The notes beneath the pieces are model-generated. The model was not told where the DNA came from. It saw nothing but the letters and a program-made list of their open reading frames with translations, and searched no databases. A program made the position numbers and the translations under genes. A stretch of 40,070 nt of DNA from Elusimicrobiota bacterium (GTDB lineage: Bacteria > Elusimicrobiota > Elusimicrobia > Elusimicrobiales > UBA9959). Where the stretch lies: contig JBAXKK010000013.1 of the NCBI GenBank assembly GCA_037137395.1, positions 1 through 40,070 of the forward strand, given 5' to 3'. Within the stretch, counting starts at the first letter, position 1; each line of letters starts with the position of its first letter. Positions 34,508-40,070 of the stretch are shown here, piece after piece.

Positions 34508-35395
34508 ATGCTCGAAAAAGACATTGAAAATCTAATTGCCAGATATCCTAAGGAATTCTTCCCGAAGGAAGAATTTTTATTGCTCGGGCAACAACATGCT
34601 ATTGAAGGGCGCCGCATCGACATTCTGTTCCAGGACAAGTTTGGCAGAAAGATTATTGTAGAGGTGAAGCGCGGGATTATTACACGCGAGGCTTCAGGGC
34701 AGGTAATGGATTATGGGCTAATGAAAAGCAAAAGCCAGGATATTTGTGAGCTGATCTTATGTGCAAATGTTATCCCAAGCGAACGAAAGTGTTTTCTTGA
34801 GAATGCCGGCATAGAGTGCAAAGAGGTTAGCGTTGGATTTATAACAGACCTGGCAAAACGGGTGGGGTATATGTTTATCGATTCAGAGAAAGAGGCTTCT
34901 GGAAATTCTGGGATAACAAGTTCATCTGTGCTGCCAGTTGCTCTTAGGGATTCTAATACTTCTGTTTGGATGTTCCAGGCGAATCCAGATAAATATGACA
35001 TACTCAACGCACTTTCAGATGAGAAAATAGGGAATTCTATCCATTGGCTGGTTAATCAGCATAAAGGAGAGATCCGGCAGGGGCATATCGGATTGCTTTG
35101 GATGTCAGGCAAAGACTCAGGCATTTATGCGGTCGCACAGATAACATCAGCCCCGCAACTAATGGAGGAATACCCTGAAGAGAAGAAGTACTGGCTAGGG
35201 GATGAAAAAGGGGTAGGGCAACGATTGCGGGTTAGTATGAGTGTCGCGAAGCGTTTAACTAATGCCCCTTTGTTTAGAAAAGCCATTAAAGATATAAAGG
35301 GATTAGAGGGCCTCTCTATTCTAAAGAACCCGCAAGGCACTAACTTCCCAGTCAGTAATGCGGAATGGGAAATAATTTTGGAACAGATTAAATAA
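34508..35395 (+). CDS. NucS-like PD-(D/E)xK nuclease fused to an EVE domain
   Basis: N-terminal LEKDIE, RIDIL, IVEVKRG, GQV..Y. C-terminal WMFQANP..YD, W.V, GIYAVAQI, L.ILKNPQGTNFPVS..EW..I. Confidence 0.8.
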   Translation: MLEKDIENLIARYPKEFFPKEEFLLLGQQHAIEGRRIDILFQDKFGRKIIVEVKRGIITREASGQVMDYGLMKSKSQDICELILCANVIPSERKCFLENAGIECKEVSVGFITDLAKRVGYMFIDSEKEASGNSGITSSSVLPVALRDSNTSVWMFQANPDKYDILNALSDEKIGNSIHWLVNQHKGEIRQGHIGLLWMSGKDSGIYAVAQITSAPQLMEEYPEEKKYWLGDEKGVGQRLRVSMSVAKRLTNAPLFRKAIKDIKGLEGLSILKNPQGTNFPVSNAEWEIILEQIK

Positions 35396-35553
35396 GAATA
35401 TTTATATGGTGGATGTGCAGTAATGTAATCTTTTGTGTCCCTGGATGGCAAAACGATGATGATCCTTCCGGAAAGACTCCAAGACCACACCCAGCCACAG
35501 ATTTTTTGAACTGGCATAATCAAAACCGATATCTAGAGTGAGACTTCGCGCTT

Positions 35554-37539
35554 ATGAAACGAGAATACTACTCAGCCTCAATCACCAGTCTTTGTGCCGC
35601 TAAACCGGAAGAAGTAATCGGTATTTTAAGTGCCGGCAGTGCTACTGCGGGGTTCCCTGTTACACCAGAGCAGACTGGCGCCTGGCTTCAACAGATAGAG
35701 ATTCTTAAAAAAGCGCTTAAGGGGAAAGTGGGCAAGATCTATTTCGAGTACTCCATCCCACGCATGGGGCGCAGGATAGACGTTGTGCTTCTTATTGAGC
35801 ACGTAATCTTTGTGCTGGAGTTCAAGGTCGGCGCGCAGGACTTTTCGGCTTATGCGGTGGACCAGGTGCTGGATTACGCGCTGGACCTTTCCAATTTCCA
35901 CGAAACCAGCCACGGTAAATATGTTGCCCCGGTGCTTATCTCCACAGAGGCCGAGCCCCAACCGGTGGTCGTGGGCTGCTCCGCCAACAACCCAAAGCTA
36001 TTCATGCCCATCAAATGCGCCGTCTCGCAGATCAACGAGGTTATTGCCTCGGCACTCTCCTTTGCCGATGGTCCCAGCATAGCCGCCGAAACCTGGGAGG
36101 GCGGGCGCTACTCGCCTACGCCCACCATAGTGGAAGCTGCCATGGCTTTATACCGTGGTCATAAAGTGGCGGAGATTTCCAGAAGCGATGCTGGCGCTAT
36201 AAACCTGGACCAGACCTCTGCCAGTGTTGCGCAAATAATAGCCGCCGCCCGCGCGGGCTCGCGCAAGGCCATCTGCTTTGTAACAGGCGTCCCCGGCGCG
36301 GGGAAAACCCTTGTGGGCCTTAATATCGCCACCACCCACATAAATAAAGACGACGAGTTATACAGCGTCTTCCTTTCCGGTAATGGCCCTCTTGTGGCGG
36401 TACTGCGGGAGGCCCTCGCTCGGGACAAGGTTCTGCATGAAAAGGCCAAGGGTAACAAGGTAAGAAAGGGTGTGGCCTTCAGTGAAGTTAAAATGTTCGT
36501 CCAGAATGTCCACAACTTCCGGGATTCCTGTTTGGTAGATTCAAAGCCACCTATAGAGCACGTGGCGCTTTTCGATGAGGCCCAGCGGGCCTGGGATCTG
36601 CAGCAGACGGCCAACTTCATGAAGCGCAAGAAGAAGCGCCCCAACTTCAACCAGTCCGAGCCGGAGTTTTTGATCTCCTGCCTGGACCGGCACCCGGACT
36701 GGGCCGTGATCGTGTGCCTTGTGGGCGGCGGGCAGGAGATAAACACTGGCGAGGCCGGCATAAGCGAGTGGATAGACTCGCTCCTGCGCAAGTTCCCCGG
36801 TTGGGACGTTTACATTTCGCCGCGCATAACCGACAGCGAGTACGGTGCGGGCTCGGTCATAGCCAAATTAAAAGAGACGCCGCTGAAGGTGGAATATAAG
36901 GACGAGCTGCACCTGGCCGTTTCGCTGCGCTCTTTTCGTGCTGAGCGCGTCTCCGAGCTGGTGAAAAAGGTGCTGGACCTGGAGGCCGCCGCCGCCAAAG
37001 AAACGCTTAAGGATATTGGTGGCAACTACCCTATAGTGCTTACCCGCGACCTGCAGAAAGCCAAGGCCTGGCTTAAGGCCCGCGCGCAGGGCACCGAGCG
37101 CTATGGCATAGTGGTGTCTTCCCAGGCCGAGCGCCTTAAGCCCTACGCTATCGACGTGAAATCCCCTGTGGACCCGGTTGATTGGTTCCTGGCCGGCAAG
37201 GATGACGTGCGTTCGTCCTACTATCTGGAAGATGTCGCCACGGAATTCCATGTGCAGGGCCTGGAGCTGGATTGGGCCTGTGTCACCTGGGACGCCGACA
37301 TGCGCCACACGCCGGGCGGTTGGGAGAACTGGTCATTTAAGGGCAACAAATGGCTGCGCATCCTCAAAGACGCGCGCAAAGCTTACCAAAAGAACGCCTA
37401 CCGCGTTCTCCTAACCCGCGCCCGCCAGGGCATGGTGCTGGTGGTGCCGGAGGGGGATGCTGAGGACCATACCCGGCTCCCGGAGTATTACGATTCAACA
37501 TATAAATATCTTGCGCAGATTGGTTTTTTAGAGATTTAA
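35554..37539 (+). CDS. DUF2075 (Schlafen group 3-like) DNA/RNA helicase with an N-terminal nuclease-like domain
   Basis: [59 protein letters not shown]. Confidence 0.9.
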   Translation: MKREYYSASITSLCAAKPEEVIGILSAGSATAGFPVTPEQTGAWLQQIEILKKALKGKVGKIYFEYSIPRMGRRIDVVLLIEHVIFVLEFKVGAQDFSAYAVDQVLDYALDLSNFHETSHGKYVAPVLISTEAEPQPVVVGCSANNPKLFMPIKCAVSQINEVIASALSFADGPSIAAETWEGGRYSPTPTIVEAAMALYRGHKVAEISRSDAGAINLDQTSASVAQIIAAARAGSRKAICFVTGVPGAGKTLVGLNIATTHINKDDELYSVFLSGNGPLVAVLREALARDKVLHEKAKGNKVRKGVAFSEVKMFVQNVHNFRDSCLVDSKPPIEHVALFDEAQRAWDLQQTANFMKRKKKRPNFNQSEPEFLISCLDRHPDWAVIVCLVGGGQEINTGEAGISEWIDSLLRKFPGWDVYISPRITDSEYGAGSVIAKLKETPLKVEYKDELHLAVSLRSFRAERVSELVKKVLDLEAAAAKETLKDIGGNYPIVLTRDLQKAKAWLKARAQGTERYGIVVSSQAERLKPYAIDVKSPVDPVDWFLAGKDDVRSSYYLEDVATEFHVQGLELDWACVTWDADMRHTPGGWENWSFKGNKWLRILKDARKAYQKNAYRVLLTRARQGMVLVVPEGDAEDHTRLPEYYDSTYKYLAQIGFLEI

Positions 37540-37565
37540 TGTTCCCAAGGTAAAGCGAATCGAGT

Positions 37566-38771
37566 ATGAAACTGCTGATCCTCGTTATTATCTTCATCAT
37601 AGTCGTTAACCTCCTTAAGGCAGCAATGCCGAAGCTTCGCTCGTCCCACAGGCACTGGGCAGGCAAAAGAACCTCCTCATATCGGCCAATCTTCACCCCA
37701 CAGACCGGGAAGGCGGTGATAATAGGGGAAAGCGGCGCCTGGCTTAACCTCTGCAGGGAGTTGCGCGAGAAAGGCCTGCCAATAAATAGACCAGCCGATG
37801 CGCGGTTGCTCCTGGAAAGACTGCGGGCCGGGCAGAAAGCGGCCATAGACGAATTTCACACCGAGATTGTCGGGTGCATACGCCATATCAACGATAAGAT
37901 AGCCGCCCGGCGGGCCCAGAGCGGCATTATGGCCACATTGTTCAATTGGTTCCATATCTGGACCCTAAAGAATAATGTTGTCAGCCTGTATGCGCTTGAG
38001 CGGCGTTATGCCAGCATACTGCAAGAGAACATCGCCACCCTGGAGGCGATGTATAAATCACCGGAGTATGCAGGCGCTCACGCTGAACTGGACGTAATAA
38101 TGAAACTGCGCGGCCTGCCCGGCAACTACGTGGTAATGAATAATTTGCAGTTACATGCCAGTCGGTTCATTAAATTCGAAGGCGTTCCGCTTCAAAGCGC
38201 CCAAATAGATCATCTAGTGCTTTCACCTGCGGGGATATTTATCATTGAGACCAAGCGCTGGAGCAAGAGCTTCGCAAAGTCCGGTTCTTATCACAACCCC
38301 TTCGACCAAGTGCAGCGCGCGCGCTACCTTTGCGCCGATCTGCTTAAATCGAACTTCGGCAAGCTGCCGGTGCGAAGCATAATACTCACGGAGGGCGCTC
38401 TGCCGCCTGCGCCGCCGGATTCATATGTGAAGGTACTGCATTTAGATGACTTGAACGGCTATATCACCTGGTTCAAGCAGCGTGAATTGTTCCCAGAGCA
38501 GCAGACCGCCATACGCGCGCTCTTGGAAGAGCATGTGATAAAAATGGAGTTACCTCTGGTTGCTGTTGAGGAACCGGCGCCAGTAGAATTACTGGATAGC
38601 GATCTTCTAAAGGACCTGCAAACGGAAATGCGTGCAGGCAGTAAGCCAGAGCCATATCAGCGTCGCGCGGTGCTAATCCCTACCGAGCCGCCGCCGCTAA
38701 AAGCCCCCGAGGATGTAAAATACATGCCGCCCTCCATGCGGGCGGAATTCGACAAGAAAAAACACTTGTAG
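37566..38771 (+). CDS. Membrane-anchored NERD-domain nuclease-like protein
   Basis: N-terminal hydrophobic segment, GAHAE, QIDHLVLSPAGIFIIETK.W, NPFDQV. Confidence 0.85.
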   Translation: MKLLILVIIFIIVVNLLKAAMPKLRSSHRHWAGKRTSSYRPIFTPQTGKAVIIGESGAWLNLCRELREKGLPINRPADARLLLERLRAGQKAAIDEFHTEIVGCIRHINDKIAARRAQSGIMATLFNWFHIWTLKNNVVSLYALERRYASILQENIATLEAMYKSPEYAGAHAELDVIMKLRGLPGNYVVMNNLQLHASRFIKFEGVPLQSAQIDHLVLSPAGIFIIETKRWSKSFAKSGSYHNPFDQVQRARYLCADLLKSNFGKLPVRSIILTEGALPPAPPDSYVKVLHLDDLNGYITWFKQRELFPEQQTAIRALLEEHVIKMELPLVAVEEPAPVELLDSDLLKDLQTEMRAGSKPEPYQRRAVLIPTEPPPLKAPEDVKYMPPSMRAEFDKKKHL

Positions 38772-38883
38772 TGGTTCTTACGGACTAACGAGAGGAAAAG
38801 CTGTCATGCACTTTCTGCAAAACGTGGACTAGGGGACGCTGCTTCCCAACTTCCTATATTAGATAGTGGGGGATTAGTCTGTC

Positions 38884-39231
38884 ATGAGAATATGGGATAT
38901 AAAGCCGCGGCGGTTGTGCCGCAACCATTTGCTTGGTGAGCATCGGGAACTGCATTGTATCTGGGTGGTGTTGACACAGGGGGAAAAGGGTTATTCCAGG
39001 CATCCTGAAACCCTGCGCTGGCGCGGACACCTGAAAGCTCTATATTTGCGCCACACAAAGTTGGTGGCCGAAATGGAGCACAGAGGCTATTGCCACAAAA
39101 GCCCGCTGGATCGGCGGCTGGCTTCGGGAAGCTCTGTTCAGAACAAATATATCGATTCCCCGCGCAGGCAGCTGATGCTGCTGGCCGCCAAGAAATGCGA
39201 ATGTCGGGTGAATGTGTGTAATAAGGAGTAG
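38884..39231 (+). CDS. Pyrimidine dimer DNA glycosylase/endonuclease V-family protein
   Basis: MRIWD...LCRNHLLGEHRELH, HPETLRW, LY.RH..LV.EM..RGY.H.SPL. Confidence 0.82.
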   Translation: MRIWDIKPRRLCRNHLLGEHRELHCIWVVLTQGEKGYSRHPETLRWRGHLKALYLRHTKLVAEMEHRGYCHKSPLDRRLASGSSVQNKYIDSPRRQLMLLAAKKCECRVNVCNKE

Positions 39232-39236
39232 GCAAA

Positions 39237-39578
39237 ATGTTGGCTGAGACTGAAAAAACCCTGCTGAATGAATCTTTAAACCATTATTGTGAAACACGGA
39301 TCCCGTCGCATATCCGGGACAAGGTGCGGCTGATCCACCGCTGGAGGGGGAATACCGTCACATTAATAGAGACGCGGCCCTACTTTCAGGACCCAAAGCG
39401 TTGGACGGAGTCTCCCGTAGCTCAATTCCGCTATGTTGCCGCCAGGAAGCGTTGGGCGCTTTATTGCAGGGATGGCAAAGGCCGCTGGTATCTCTACGAT
39501 GAGGTCAAGCCGGCTATATCCATCCAGACCTTGCTGGATGAGGTGGACCGCGATCCCACAGGCATCTTCTGGGGTTGA
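39237..39578 (+). CDS. DUF3024 family protein
   Basis: RIP.HIRDKVRL, E.RP, PVAQFRY, W.LYC.D...RW..Y, DPTGIFWG. Confidence 0.85.
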   Translation: MLAETEKTLLNESLNHYCETRIPSHIRDKVRLIHRWRGNTVTLIETRPYFQDPKRWTESPVAQFRYVAARKRWALYCRDGKGRWYLYDEVKPAISIQTLLDEVDRDPTGIFWG

Positions 39579-39590
39579 AGAGGGAAATTA

Positions 39591-39630
39591 ATGTTCACTT
39601 AAAAGTGAACATCGATAAATAGTGAACATT
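39591..39630. promoter_or_regulatory. Palindromic operator-like site
   Basis: atgttcactt-aa-aagtgaacat plus a third half-site agtgaacatt at 39621. Confidence 0.5.
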
Positions 39631-39765
39631 GTTGCGTCCACGCCCCCGATGGCGTAAGACCAATCAAATACAATCTTATATACTTGGAATATAGGTTTGG
39701 GGTCATCACCAATAATCATCATATTACATATTGTAATATGTAATATTACCTGCTATACTCTATCC

Positions 39766-40053
39766 ATGAGACCATCCAAAAGCATTAAACCGCAGGATAT
39801 TGTTATATTGCTTAAACTTGTGGTACTGGGAGACAGCCGCTGGCGGCATGTTGATCTTGCCGAGAGCTTAGGCCTTTCCCAAGGGGAGATAAGTTTCGCC
39901 TTGGATCGCTGCAAAACGGCTGGTTTTATTGATTCATCTAAAAAGAAGATTCTAAAATCTGCGCTATTGGAATTCCTTGTTCACGGTCTTAAATACACGT
40001 TTTCAGCAAGGCCCGTGTTCCGTCCCAGCTACCTGAGGCCGGAAAACGGGTAG
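39766..40053 (+). CDS. wHTH/MarR-like protein, probably 3'-truncated
   Basis: IKPQDIVILLKL...W....LAESLGLSQGEIS.AL.R...AG, ALLEFLVHGLKY.F. TATACT lies 6 nt before ATG 39766, and an atattaca/tgtaatat palindrome lies upstream. Confidence 0.6.
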   Translation: MRPSKSIKPQDIVILLKLVVLGDSRWRHVDLAESLGLSQGEISFALDRCKTAGFIDSSKKKILKSALLEFLVHGLKYTFSARPVFRPSYLRPENG

Positions 40054-40070
40054 TAAATCCCACCTAATCG

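Noticed and set aside
159..39297. Numerous minus-strand and alternative-frame ORFs in the track
   Set aside because: They overlap well-supported + strand genes and have no motifs; they are shadow ORFs.

Overview
The window has three parts, with all real genes on the + strand. (1) About 1-13.4 kb is a large gas vesicle (gvp) operon. It contains GvpC-like coiled-coil proteins, gvpN, gvpV, four GvpL/F paralogs, gvpG, two gvpO, a GvpS/J-GvpK fusion and gvpJ; the major gvpA is not in the window. Embedded in it is a chaperone module: a stand-alone DnaJ-type zinc finger, Hsp20, an ArsA/Get3 ATPase, a CDC48/p97-type AAA+ ATPase and a J-domain fused to GvpL/F. A small AbrB-type regulator missed by the ORF track also lies here. 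(2) About 13.5-26 kb is a signal transduction block: PAS histidine kinases, receiver proteins, a NarX/NarL-type pair and three copies of a TraB/Tiki-like protein. It includes an apparently identical 2575-bp duplication that joins two different sensor regions to the same kinase core. (3) About 26-40 kb is a decaying accessory/defence region. It carries an AbiE-type toxin-antitoxin pair, two tRNA-fMet 3' ends flanking a structured tRNA-like element, and a DUF4143 ATPase plus an internally deleted copy of it. It also carries truncated DUF1016, HNH, NucS-EVE, DUF2075 helicase, NERD, pyrimidine-dimer glycosylase and DUF3024 genes, and many promoter-operator palindromes. The host is probably a diderm bacterium (outer-membrane protein and lipoprotein present); finer taxonomy cannot be set from this window. 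All family calls come from motif recognition by eye, not database searches.
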